In this document: positions 1 through 12,706 of the stretch, one piece after another
How positions within the stretch are numbered: position 1 is the first letter of the stretch
Layout: each line of letters begins with the position of its first letter
Source of the DNA: Bugula neritina
Lineage: Eukaryota > Animalia > Bryozoa
Length of the DNA stretch: 25,662 nt
Assembly: GCA_964035545.1 (NCBI GenBank)
Contig: CAXIUT010000212.1
Span: 1 to 25,662, forward strand
Reading direction: 5' to 3'
Program-made: the position numbers and the translations under genes
Notes under the pieces: model-generated
The model's database searches: none
The model's input: only the letters and a program-made list of their open reading frames with translations
What the model was told of the DNA's origin: nothing

Positions 1-81
1 CCCAACCCCAACCCCAACCCCAACCCCAACCCCAACCCCAACCCCAACCCCAACCCCAACCCCAACCCCAACCCCAACCCC
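1..81 (+). repeat. Left telomere, (CCCCAA)n (C4A2)
   Basis: Perfect CCCCAA array at the window start, beginning 5'-CCCAA. C-strand orientation is correct for a chromosome end. Confidence 0.98.
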
Positions 82-147
82 GCAATCATTAAGCTATTTA
101 ATATTGTTTCAGTAGTTATCATATCAATAAAGATAATATATATTACA

Positions 148-796
148 ATGCAAGGCAATAATGGATCACTACAAGATTAAATGCTTAAAAATTACATAGA
201 TACAGTCTTCAACAAATACGATAAAGATAGAAGCGGCAGCCTTGATGTACAAGAAATGGCTGCCTTCTTCAATTAACTCTTCAAAAACCTTGGCATCAAT
301 ACTGTAGTCACATAACAACAAGCATTTTAAGCCATCAGGTCCATCGATGCCAATAGTGACGGATTAGTTGATAGAGACTAACTCTTCAAAGCTTTTAAAC
401 TCATGATCAATAAGTACACTGTATCTGATTAAGACCTCAGCAACCTCAAAATAATTATCCTCAGCAACAACAAGGCTACGGACAACAGCAAGGATATGGT
501 CAGCAAGGGTATCAGCAGCAAGGATATCAACAACAAGGGTATCAACAGCAAGGATATCAGCAGGGATATCCTCCACAACAACAAGGCTATCAGCAAGGAT
601 ATCCACCACAACAAGGATATCCGCCACAGCAAGGCTACCCTCCTCAGCAAGGTTATCCTCCTCAACAAGGCTACATGAACAGTACAAATGAGATGATATA
701 GATTCATATGGCAATCCTCCCCCTGCTCAAAACAATCAAATGTATAGCACCCAACCAAGGACCCAACCAAATCAGTCATATAATCCCTACAGATGA
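148..796 (+). CDS. Two-EF-hand calcium-binding protein with C-terminal ([10 protein letters not shown])n low-complexity tail; 20-nt introns at 414-433 and 682-701
   Basis: With TAR=Glu the EF loops read [12 protein letters not shown] and [11 protein letters not shown][TAA=E]. Removing the two GT-AG introns restores the frame to TGA at 794-796. Confidence 0.88.
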
Positions 797-1180
797 ATCA
801 TAGCTTGATAATTATGGTATTTTAGTATTAATTGGTTATGAATGAAGATTGAAGAAAGGTTTTAAGGTTATAAAAAAGTTGTTAGTGAAAGCACGGCACA
901 AACCTTACTATTGACAGTATTGTCTGTTTCCTAGGCCCAATTATTCATTGTTAGAAAGGGCTGGACAAATCAGAACCATTAAAGATAAGAATTTGTGGCA
1001 CCCTGTCTACCATTCACCCTCCTCCATACTTTTATATCAATCAATATTCTTTTATTATACCTATGGGTCTCATTTTATCAATACTAAACATAAACTACTT
1101 TTCATAACTAGCAAAAGGATCACTAACTTCTCCTTTAATTTTATTGAAATAAATATTTAGAATCATAAATATCACAACTA

Positions 1181-2161
1181 TCACCCTGATTTACGCTGAC
1201 CATAACTCATACACAAAGAAAAGAATAATTCTCCTAGTAAATGACCACTCAGTAGTGATTAAACAGCCGGATTGAACTCAGAAAAATCAACCATTCGAAC
1301 CTTACTACTTAAACCAGCTATCTTCACTATCTATAAAGCCTATTCAGAAGTTAGACCTCCCAATACACTTGGAGCAGACACGCCAGGCATCCACTTACTG
1401 CTGATCGAGTCTAAATCAAAAGATACAAATATATTTTTGCATGTTCCTTCCAATTCTTTTATGATACCTGCAAATATTTGTCCAGCTTGAGTTCTGTACT
1501 AACAATTTTCATTTATTTTATGTCTTCTGATAGTTTTTTACATCCAATATATCCTAGCTTTCTTCTGTTGCAAATACTAATGGTGTGAAGATAAACTATT
1601 TGCACCCTTACATCCGAATTCAATAAATTGTCCTCCATTTGATAGGAATCTAGAATCATCAAGAAGTAGTCTAAAAGGTGATCCTGAGGAAGGTTTTCCT
1701 TCTATAAGTTATCTAACATCAAAATGAGCATCAATATTAATAACTCCAAATTGTTATGGAGCAATAGAAAGAAGAGAAGAAGCATTAGGATAGCTTTGGT
1801 CGTTTGATCCTCCGACTGAAACAAGCAAACAATTACTTCCTTGTTCTAAAATTGTTTTGTGCTTTTGCTAAAGTTATTTATGAGCTATCTATAGATCTAA
1901 ATCAATTTTTATGTCGCCAGAATCATAAACAACAATTTTATTCGAGGGATAAAGCTGAAGTTGACTTAGACTTTTACGAAAAATCTATGAAGCAACTGAT
2001 CCTCCTACTCTGCCTCCTAGCCTTCTTGTACCTTCATCATAAGGAAATCCTCCGAAAATAACACACTTTTCTTAGGTCTTGAGATTCTTCGGGTCGTAAG
2101 GTTTGATAGTATTAGCAAAGATTTGTTCTTCAGGTGAATAAAAATCAAACTCTCCCTCCAT
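1181..2161 (-). CDS. Arginase/ureohydrolase-family enzyme, formimidoylglutamase (HutG)-like; probable 1-nt indel near 2102
   Basis: Motifs GFPYDEGTRRLGGRVG, GGSNDQSYPN, INIDAHFDVR, SSGSPFR, SFDLDSI..PGVSAPS..GGL and EFNP. TGA at 1181-1183. Confidence 0.88.
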
Positions 2162-2812
2162 TTGAATTATGATTAAGCTATAATAAAGAGATCTGTTTTG
2201 ATTTAGTAAAGTAAAACATAATGATAAACTCTTATTTTAACAATTTTTCAATAGATAATTCAAAAAATGATAAAAATCTAAAAAATAAAAAATAGATTTA
2301 TTTTGATCTATTGATCAATTGATTTTTGTTGAAACTTAATATTTTTATTTAAGTTTGAAATAAACAAAATAAACATTAAAAGTGGGTTCAATGATTAAAG
2401 TTAGAGATATTCTGCTATTTCATTGATAAAAATATCAAAAGTCTAGGAAGTTTATTTGAAGGTGATTAAATGTGATTTAATTCTTTGTTTATAACCATAA
2501 TAATCAATCAAAAGTTCCAACATCTTTGAAATAATAAATATTATTCATTGTTTTCATGATTCTTCTTAGAGATATTCCCTTGAAATAACTCGTCTTGTTG
2601 CTTTTCATTTTTAGCCTGTCATATTTTGTGACAAAGAAATTCAAAAAAAAAGCAAACAATTAAATAAAGCCAAAAATTAAATAATTCAGATAATTAGAGT
2701 CACTAATATTGATGTATACTCACAGTTCTAAACGCTATTGACCTTTGGAATGATCATAAGGTCCATTAATACCATTTGATTAATTATCTCATTATATTCT
2801 TTACTTTTATGA

Positions 2813-3614
2813 ATGACGTCGAAATCAATTCTTAAGCAAACTCCAACAGGTCTATAAAAGAACCTCTCTGAAACCATGAACTTTTCTCCTGAATTCATGA
2901 ACTTTGACAACAAAGAAATCATTGAAAAATAAGTTTCTCTTAAAGATAACGTTTTGAACCTATCTGGGCAAGACTTCTTTATTTAACATTAAAAATAAAA
3001 AACTATTATATGTACAGTGTTATCTTATCTTAGAAAAAGAAAAGAGCCAGCCAATAGAACTATATACTTAAAGATAAATCTAGGAATAATAGAAATAGAT
3101 GGAGATTGAAATATTAAGTCATGGTTCTTAAAGACATTCCAAAAACAATACTGAAGGTGTAAAAGAGAGAAAGAAGCCCAAGAAAGATGATGCCTAAAAA
3201 AACATTCCCAAGAATGCAGCTCAATATGTGATCAAAGTCTATAAAAAAAGAATTTATACCAGGAAAGTGGAAAAAATCAATAAAAAATTTGATATTGATA
3301 GCAATGATAAAGCTATGGATTACGTTTTATCTCTTAAAAAACAGTTAACAGGCCTAGATGATCTCATAGTTTTCTTGAATAAAACTGAAGAAGATTAAGT
3401 AGAAGAAAAATACAGAAAAGCTTTCATTGTTTTTTATCGGTGGATCTTAAGGAAAAAATATCCTATCTATATCATCCAAGGAAAAACCTTTCACAAACAA
3501 AAATATTTGATGAGAATTAACAGTCTTATCCCATCTAAGATCAAAGACTCCTTGGTTGATACACTAGAAAAAGAAAACTCAACCAGTTTAAGAGCCACAA
3601 AAAGCCATCTATGA
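2813..3614 (+). CDS. Hypothetical protein with a KNIPKN-type motif like those in ciliate hypothetical families; 22-nt intron at 3012-3033
   Basis: Open ATG-to-TGA frame under TAR=Glu after intron removal. Contains EKNIPKNAAQYV...YRKAFIVFYRWILRKKYPIYI. Confidence 0.7.
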
Positions 3615-4374
3615 TCTCCATAAGTCAACATCATTGAAATAAATACTAATTTTCAATCTAATTCATATTAATCAAGAACAAATAATCAACAAAAGCAAAT
3701 ATTATAGTTGAACTGTGATTATATTTGTTTAAATATACTAAGAGAAGAAACAATTTTAATCTCTTGGTTTCAATAGATCTTTTTTGGATAAATTAATGAT
3801 ATTTTCTTTGATATTTAGATCATCTTTGATGAATTATTGACGGATAGACAACTTTAAAAAAAGAAAAATAGATAAAGAGCTGGTTGATGATTGAATAATA
3901 TCATGAAAAAATAGGAAAACTTTGCCTTGAACCTTCTTTAATTATAAAAAATGTTAATATCAATATTTTTATCATGAAATTTTAATTATAAATAACTTAG
4001 CTATAATTTGATACTGGAATCAACTTTTTCATTGAAAAAAATGTCCATTAATTCTGAAATAATATGATATCGTAATAATTAAATTTAAATAAAGAATCTT
4101 TAAGCATTAAAAATATATGATAGTTGATAAAAATCCTTATCACTGCATTATAGATAGCTAAAAGGTAAAATAAAAACTTTTTGGTCATTTTTCATTCTAT
4201 TTATCAAAAAAATAAATCCAAATTATTTATCAATCATTCTTATTCAAAATATAAAAAGTTGAGGGCAAAAGATTTTAGATTTTAATGATATTAGAATGAA
4301 AGTAACAAATAATCAAAGCTTTATCAACTCTATTTTAGATGTTTTGTTTTGCTTTATAATATTTTATTGTGTGC

Positions 4375-7165
4375 ATGAGCCTCAATGCAGCTAATGTAGA
4401 GTTTAATTCAAAAGTACAAGTCTAGCCTGATGAAAAAAACCCTCTTGAAATATTTCAGTATGCTGCCGATGTTTATTACATATTTGATGAGCCTGAAAAA
4501 AAAGCTAAAATAAATTACCCTCCACCAGAAAAGGAAGTGAATTTCAAAGAATAGAAATCAACACCTTAAAATGGAATAAGTAATTTTTGAAATAAATAGA
4601 TTAATAATAGTTGATGCCTGTTTCAGTCTAAAATCATGAAGAGGTCCTTGATTGTTCTTTGTAACTTTTTGAAAATGATGAGGAGGAGTAGAAAGAGTCT
4701 AATTAACTCTTAAAGAAGTAGGAAAAGGAAATTGAGGAAAAAGATGATCAATGATCCTTCAAACAAATCTTAAAGCATATTATTGATCAATTATTTAAAA
4801 TCATCAATAAACTTTCAAATTTATCGAAAGAAGTATTTTTCAAAATTGTTTCAATAAAATGCCTCAATTATTTGATAATTAACTTCTAAACAGGTTCGAA
4901 GTTAATTATAATTTTTTGCCTTGATGAAAGACTAGCCTAAACCTACAGGTTTCAACCCCTTTAAAAGCTTTTGTAATCCATCTAAGGACTAAGAAAAGGT
5001 CTAAATCCCTCTGAATAAGAATAGAATTTAACTAAATCAACCTGAACTTCAAATGGGATTAGGACCACAATCATTTCAACATAAACCTCAAGTTGTATCA
5101 AACTATATCGTTTAATCTTATGAAAAAACATATCCTCAAAAACAATAAATGTCTAAAGAATAATCTGATAATTCCAACAAATCTACAGACCAATTTGTTC
5201 AAAGTTTTAATAATGAAAATGAAAGACATCTAGTAGTCTCTCTAGAAAAATAAAAAAAAGCCTAACAACTACTCATTTCTAAAAGTTTTTAAAAGAAAAA
5301 TCTAATAAAAGAAAGTAAAATGGCTAAAAAAGGTGGTAAATCTTTAAAATAAATATAATTTGAAGACTAATAATAAGAAAACTTCAAACTATAAAAATCT
5401 TGCAAAAAAATCTAATAAAACTCTAAAAATACCAATCCTGTCCATAATTCTTTCAGAAAAAATATACATATTGGACGCCCTTTTGAATAAATAGTCGAAA
5501 ATAAAAAGAATGCTGAAGAATTTATTCCTTTTTAAGAGAATAAACATAATCCCTCTCAAAATCATATTATCAAAGGCCTGAATAAAATGGATCAGATTCC
5601 TTTGCATTATCTCCAATAAAAATAATAACCAAAAAAATCTAATTAAGCTCAAGATAGCACAAAAAAAATAACTGAAAAATTGTCAATGGCTATTTCTAAT
5701 TAAAAAAGGGATAAAGAACTAAGCAACAAGATATCACAAGATAGAAGGCTGTCCGTGTAAAAAAAAATTTAAGCTGAAGAAAAAAGAAAAGAATAAAAGG
5801 AATAAAATAATGAATATAAGGCTAGAAAAATTGAAATTAATCCAATGAATAATCCTCTGAATCAACCTAATAATACAAAGTCTTCTGGAAATAAATAAAC
5901 ATAAAGAAATAAATCACCCTTACCTTAAACGAACAAAATATTTCAACAAAATACTATTTCTAGCCTAATCAATGAAAATAAACCTGACTCTTTAGCTAAG
6001 AATAATGTATTTGCACAAAATCTCTATAATAAATAATCAAATCAATCAAATAAACCTAATCCACAACCAATCCAGACAACTCAGAAAAATATTTAAACTA
6101 AACAAAACCTACAAACTAAACATAATCTACAAGTTCAACAAACTCAACATAATCTACAAGCTCAACAAGCTCAACAGTTTTAACAAGCTCAAAAAGATCA
6201 AAAAATTCAACAAATTCGATAACTGGCTAAGCAGAGTATTCAAGCTCAACAAGTTATGGGAACTCAACAGACTAAATAAGTCTAAAAAAGTCAAAAAACT
6301 CAACAGATTCAGTCTAATCTTCAAACAAAACAATCTCAACAAGCTCAAAATCCTAAATAGACTCTACAAGTTCAACAAACTAAACCAATATAAATAAATC
6401 AGTCAAATCTACATCAAAATACTTAAAATCAAAACCCAAAAAGGTCGCAATTCTAGAACAATAATCCATTCCAATTAACTCAAACAAACCCAAATAGTTT
6501 TTCTTCTCAAAATACAAATCTTTTTAACAACAATCAAGTCCCATCTCACTCTTCTCATCAAAACCAACCAATTTCTCATTCAATGACTACCCAATAGTAC
6601 AACTACAAGAAAGAAATGCTTCGTCCACTGCCAACTCAGACTTAATAATAACTATTTAAAAAGTTATAAGGTAAGTATTTCTAATTTAGATGAATTTGAT
6701 CTATAAAGTCTAAACATAGAAACCTTTATCAAATAATCAAATGATATTTTAACAAATATCTACAGCAATATGAAAATATTATCATAAAAACCATCAAAAA
6801 TGATAATGTAATTTGAATAAAACAAAAAAATAATTAAAAATATCAAAGAAATCACAAAGAAAATCAACTCTAAACCAAGTTATGTTCTTAATAAAATAAA
6901 TTCTATCTAAAACAAGCAAAAATAACTGTAAAGTGATCTCTAAAAAATATCAATAAACATCATAAAACTCCCAAAATAAAATCATGAGATAAATATCGAA
7001 CAAACTTAACTATAAAGAATCTAAGATTCAATCATAGACTACCAAATGGATTCATAAAACAGTTAATATATGAATATCTACTCGAATTTAGTCGCTATGG
7101 AAAATGAACTAGCAGCCATCGACCAAGAAATATAATACTACAACAAAAAGACCTCCTTCATTTGA
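4375..7165 (+). CDS. Large hypothetical protein, Q/N/E/K-rich low-complexity with C-terminal coiled coil; introns at about 4580-4599 and 6671-6689, a few apparent indels
   Basis: Long frame without TGA under TAR=Glu, with a QAQQ/QTKP-rich middle. Ends ...EIEYYNKKTSFI-TGA. Boundaries approximate. Confidence 0.6.
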
Positions 7166-7193
7166 TAGATATCACTAAATAATATTATAAAAA

Positions 7194-7874
7194 TCAAGTT
7201 TGAACTTTCTGATACCTACCGTTTTTCTAACAAACAGGACATCTGTCCAAAGACAACTGCTACACACATATTTCACATACATTCATATGAAAACATCCAG
7301 TATTTATCATATTCGCATCTTTGTTCAAACAGATCTTGCATTTATTATTACCACCAGCCTTTCCTTTAGACTAGTTTAATTGCTCTATAGGTTCACTTTT
7401 TTTAATAGCCTGTTTTGTATTCGATTGACATCGATCATTAAAACATCGTTATATTGAACCTTGCTCTGTCATGTAGTTACAATCCCCACACAGAGGACAT
7501 AGCCTATATTTAAATCTGTTTTTGCAAGACTTGCATTAAATAGCCATGTTTTATGTATTAGTCTTAGGAGGAAGACAAAGTAAAGATGTACAGATATTGC
7601 AACTAACAAAAGTAGCAGTAAATCCACAAACACAACCACAGACATAGCCTGATATAAAGTCTTTGAAAACTCCACTTCCTTCACATTTAGGACAATCAAA
7701 TACAGTATATGATATCTTGCATTGTTTACAACGGACCAATATAGGGTCACTTGTATCAGATATCACATGACAGACAAAGATCCCTCGAGTGTGACAGTTA
7801 CTACATAGATATAGACATTCAGTTTTTGGTATTTTGATCTAAACTCCACATCCGCATCGACCTATCTTATCCAT
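7194..7874 (-). CDS. Cys-rich multi-zinc-ribbon protein with C-terminal C3HC4-type RING (putative E3 ligase)
   Basis: Many CxxC pairs (CKQC, CPKC, CNIC, CKSC, CPLC). C-terminus CKICLNKDANMINTGCFHMNVCEIC..DRCPVC. Confidence 0.82.
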
Positions 7875-8039
7875 AATTATAATATATCCAATAAACAGAA
7901 TTATATCATTCGTCTAAAAACAATTTTATTTATGATAATTATGAAACCTTTTCTTATAAATTACTTTTATAGAGTACTTATTTTTTAGATGATAGTTAAT
8001 ATAAAATCACTTGAGAAGTACGATAAGCTGCAGATATTA

Positions 8040-8268
8040 TCAGATATTTAGGGATTCAAAGGGGTCCTTGGAATCGATATCTATGTTAACGATGGGTTTT
8101 ATGAGATTTGAATATTTTTCCTTTTGATTTTCTTATTTTCCTTTTATTCTACAAATGAAAATCATCGCATTCAAGAGGATTATCCAGAGGTTTTAGTTTA
8201 GGAGAAGGAGGAGTCATCACTATTATCATATTCTCAAGTTAGACTACTAGAAGGGGTATATCGTTCAT
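8040..8268 (-). CDS. Possible small hypothetical protein (start, end and frame uncertain)
   Basis: Coding-like composition (MNDIPLLVVELENMIIVMTPPSPKLKPLDNPLECDDF...). The natural-looking end needs an indel, and the frame may extend upstream. Confidence 0.35.
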
Positions 8269-8393
8269 TTATAATTATTATTTATGGTATTGTTGAATTG
8301 CTTATAACTGATTCTGGTATGACCAATTCTTTTATATAGCTATATTCTACCTATATTTATTAAATTCAATAAATTGTTCAAACCAAATCACAC

Positions 8394-8899
8394 TCACTTT
8401 ACAGTCTACTTTTTATCCTCTTCAACTTCTTTCCCTTCTTTCTTCTTTTTCTACTCCATCATCTTCTTTTAATGCTGCTCTCTTTTCTCATACATAAAGT
8501 TCAATATCCAAATGTATGCACTTAATGCTAAAGCTGCAAATATGAGCATTGAGGTGATATATTAATTTCTTTGCACTTTTAAAATCATAAAGGATAAGTA
8601 ATTGTACTTAAGTTCTTGATATTAATATAAATACCTGAACCATAGCCGTCCTTTCCCTTTAACTACATTTTCTAGTGATGATATTTAGCTTCTTGTCGGC
8701 TGCAATCATAAAAAAACACAGCAGCTAGAACACAGAACCCAATTTGAGCCTTCATAATACTTTTGACCGACTTGTTAGTGTTGAGAAAACGAACAATAGC
8801 TGCCTTCCATCCACGAGGAGTAGGCATATTAAGAAAGAGAAATATCAGAACTTCAATTATCAGACCGAAAAAGAATAGAGTATAGACCAACTCGAACAT
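8394..8899 (-). CDS. BAP29/BAP31-family ER membrane protein; 20-nt intron at 8615-8634
   Basis: N-terminal TM (LIIEVLIFLFLNMPTP), second TM, the family motif KVQRNEYI before TM3, and a charged Lys-rich tail. Confidence 0.82.
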
Positions 8900-8920
8900 C
8901 GATATCTATTTATTATGATC

Positions 8921-8968
8921 AAATATCAACTATTAAACTATCATAAATATCAACTATTAAACTATCAT
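8921..8968. repeat. Direct tandem duplication of 24 nt (AAATATCAACTATTAAACTATCAT x2)
   Basis: Two identical copies at 8921-8944 and 8945-8968 in a divergent intergenic region. Confidence 0.9.
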
Positions 8969-9117
8969 AATATGATTAATTATTAATAAATTTAATATTG
9001 ATAAAGTGGCAATATTTAGTTCAATATTTATAAATCTATCAGAAATGATATAGATGTAAGATTAATATTTATACAAATTTTAAATTCTCAGAAACTAATA
9101 AATAATATACGTATAAA

Positions 9118-10432
9118 ATGAGTGATATCTCTCCTTAAAACTATTAACTGATCCTTAAATACATGGAAACAACCAACGAGTAAAGCTTTTAAACAGCTAC
9201 TCTAGCTCTCCAACAGCATGACTTCAATCTAGATGTATCTATCAGTATAGTTAGCAAGCAATACAAACTAAATTCAATCCTCCAGTCAGAAATAGAAATA
9301 ATAATCAACAAAATAATCAACAATCGGATGAAGAAATAGTCAGAAAATATGTTGATTTCGTACAAAAAAGAAATAATTAATGGAATATTATCAATTCGAT
9401 TTTTGGATTTGTTAAAACCCTCTTTCTTGTCATCTTTGGTCTCTTCACAAGAATTAGTATCTTTTATCTTATTTAGTACCTCAAAGAATTAGACTTAAAT
9501 ATTTTGGCAGTGATTTTTAGAAAATTTACATAGGAAAATTACCTAGTCACTTTACCTCACGTTCTCTGCCTTCTTTACTTAAATAAACTAAAAATTTGAC
9601 CCAAAAAACAGTTCTAGTACTTATAACACCAAAAAAACAACATCCTTCGATCAATGCATTTCTAAATAAACAAGATCTAGTCAAACCTTTAACTCGTAAT
9701 TTCTGGCTTACCGGGCATGCTTTGTAGCATCCCTAAATATCTAAAATATAAAGAATATAGGCTCCTATGTTGATAGCTCTCCGCTTTAACATCTTCGAGG
9801 AGCTGGTCGAGGTAGGTCGCACATAATAACTTTAAAAATTTGATTCTTCTCACTTATAGAGATGGGCTCATGAAAGTCGCAACCTCTTCAAACGTGACTG
9901 CAATGTTCTTGTAAAATACCGTAACTTCATCAGCCGAGCCTATGGATACTATTACTAAGAATAAGAAGATGAGTAAGTGAATTTGATGCAAACCCAGCAA
10001 ACTACAAGAGAAATATCAGAGCAAAATTAAATATATAGAACTATGGAAGAATAAGCCAAAAAGAACAAATAAAAATAAATGAAAAGAGCTATTGAATAAC
10101 AATAAAAACAAGCCAATCTACAACTAAAAGAATAAGAAAGACAACTCAGAAAATCATCTATCCCTACTTAACCAACAGAAGGAAATTATGTTCGATTTAG
10201 CTTTAGATGTCCTGATGGCAAAACCATACTCAGAAACTTCAATTCTTAATAAAAAATAGACCTAGTGTTCCAATGGGTCGATCTTAACGACTAGATAGAG
10301 TTCTAAGATGATAGTAGAAGCTTCTAGATAATGCATTCTTATCCTCCAATACCTCTTTCATCAAGAAAATAAGAACCAATATCGACAGTTTTTGATTCTC
10401 CTCAATAAAAACTGGTTATTCGCTAACTATGA
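9118..10432 (+). CDS. UBX-domain protein (FAF1/FAF2-like; N-terminal UBA-like, coiled coil, C-terminal UBX); 20-nt intron at 9235-9254
   Basis: UBA-like ATLALQQHDFNLDQAI. UBX region IPTEPTEGNYVRFSFRCPDGKTILRNF...MHSYPP. TGA at 10430-10432. Confidence 0.85.
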
Positions 10433-10487
10433 TCAACATTCATTGTATATCTATGATAATTTATCTATTTAAATCAATATTATCCAG

Positions 10488-11981
10488 TCAAATTTCTTAT
10501 AAATCTATTCTTACTCCAATAATCTTGTCTTAGATCATTACAGTAAGATAAAGGAAGAATTCTACTTTTATCTGTACTTTGTTCTATCAATTTATCAGCT
10601 GTATTTCTCAACATTTATATTCTAGCTATCATAATTCTTTTATATTTTTACCTTCCTTAAGAATTACTAAAATCTATCTGTAAAAACTATGATAAAATAT
10701 ATGACTTCTTAGGCTTCATCTCCTTGCATTAAGCGTATTTGTACTTATGATCACAGGAAGAACATTGAATTCTTAGATTTTACTCTATATCTTTGCGAAT
10801 AATCAGTTCTCGTTTATGCCAGACATAAGAACAAAACACTGAAACAAGCATACCAGAATAGATACATATTGTAAAAACAAGAACAAATACTATAAAGAAT
10901 ATCAAACTTATAGGATTTGAACGGGCTGTCACCATAGTTGACTAGTAAGTCATGTTGTAGTAACATATATAAAAAAGAGAGAGAAAAGTTCTCCAGAAAG
11001 ATGAAAATTGACCAGAATAACGACTAAATACCACATATGCAAAAAGTGAAAAAGCTATTAAGAAGGGGCCAAAAGATATAAATAAACGACCTATCATGGC
11101 ATATGATTGTCCCAATAGAAAACTAAGATTATAATCATCATCTTTAAGATAAAAACGAACAGAACACAACCAAGCACAGCAACAAGTAATTCCATCAAAA
11201 ATAAAAATAACCTAAAATGAAATAGCCTAAGAAAATGCCAAAACAGAGGTAAGTACCAAGAAGACACTCAGGAAATAGTACATCCAGTTGTATATTCTTC
11301 TTTATGATCTATAAACAAACTACCATAATATCAATGTTCCTAGGAGCATTCCAACAATGAAAGTGGGGATATGTTGGTTGGCAAGATGCATTTGTTGATG
11401 AGAAAGCAGATGAACAAAAATAGATGTATCTGAAAAGGGCTAAATAATAAACAAAATACTTCTACTTGAAGTGTTATATCCCAGAAATGTTCTGAACCAA
11501 GATTGATATCGTTAAAATGAAAGAATAGCACTTGTATTTGATTGAGAACTTCTTTAATTTATATCAAATCGTCAAAATCAAAAGGCTATTCTAGTCCATC
11601 AGCAAGATTCCATTCATAAGTATCAGTACTACCATTTTTATAGACTAATTATAAATTTCTAAGAGTTTTATTGATTTATATCTGATCAAATATCCCATAG
11701 GTCAGTAACTACATATTGCCCAATCTATTTCTCATTCTTTGCATAAAACTTTGTACATCCTATAACAAATAATACTCATTGATTGGATAGTTATTCATGT
11801 ATTGTCCAAACCAGTAAACATCGATGATATCATGTTAGAGTATATGATAGTTAAGAGCTCTATAAAAGTTACGATTATGATCTAGAAGTTCTACGCTTAC
11901 GTTCCAGACAAGAAAGGAGGTTACTAGAATAGCTGGTATTATGATAAAGAAATGGAGAGTAACCGATCGATGTGAAATCAT
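10488..11981 (-). CDS. Polycystin/mucolipin (TRP-like) cation-channel-like membrane protein
   Basis: N-terminal TM, large luminal loop, several TMs and a pore-helix-like FSSFWRTFLSLFY followed by an S6-like helix. Confidence 0.65.
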
Positions 11982-12049
11982 TATTTAATATTCATTAAGG
12001 CGATTAATAATAATTTTTGATATTTTTGTAATAATAGTGATAATAATTG

Positions 12050-12706
12050 ATGATAAATAGGTTAACTACAAACATATTAAAACTCACGTTTAGACCAAAT
12101 TACAACATGAGTATGCTAAGCGACTATCTAAATAAAAAAAATATGAAAAAACAAGAAACCTAATTCAAAAAATAAATGGAATATCTTGCTAATAAACCCA
12201 ATTTCACTTTGATGGACTATAAACAAAGAGTAGAAGACTAACTGTCTAAAATGAAATCACGTAAAAATTGATTTATAAAGAGTTTAAAAATAAGTTTAGT
12301 AAAGACAATCTAGAACAATAAAAAAATTTATAAATGTAAAAAAAAGTACTAAATGGACTTTTCTAATAGGAACTAAATAATTAAAAAAAACTAAAATACT
12401 AATAAAAAAAATAAATAGCTTTAGTCACTCAACTTTCTCTTGATTTTGTAGCTAAAGTACTCTCTAAATTCGACTAATATAAAAACATGCATAAAGTGCT
12501 TAGATAAATGAGACTAAATAACTAGCCTCTGCCCTAGACATCCAAAGAACTCCAACAGCTCTATTTGATGAATTCAGTTGCCAGATAAAATAAAAAATTC
12601 AAATACTATCAATATAAATAGGTATTATTGATGTTTTATTTAGCACAATCAAATTTAAAAAAATAGACAAATGAAGAAGACACACGATCAAGGATACTTC
12701 TTTTGA
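12050..12706 (+). CDS. Stand-alone SRP54/Ffh M-domain-like protein with a mitochondrial-type presequence (mL105-like); introns at 12261-12280 and 12622-12643
   Basis: Basic, acid-free N-terminus MINRLTTNILKLTFRPNY. FTLMDYKQ...KVLNGLFEEEL...KKEIALVTQLSLDFVAKVLSKFDEYKNMHK follows the M-domain helix pattern. Confidence 0.6.

Noticed and set aside
364-779. Minus-strand 116-aa ORFs and a 60-aa plus-strand ORF in the track
   Set aside because: Shadow frames of the QQGY repeat exon.
2165-4370. AT-rich stretches (about 2165-2810 and 3615-4370) as retained IESs or mobile elements
   Set aside because: No terminal repeats, transposase ORF or recognisable boundaries seen, so they were treated as long spacers.
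5389-6397. Track ORFs at 5389-5652, 6005-6397 and 6154-6348
   Set aside because: Alternative-frame shadows of the large low-complexity plus-strand gene.
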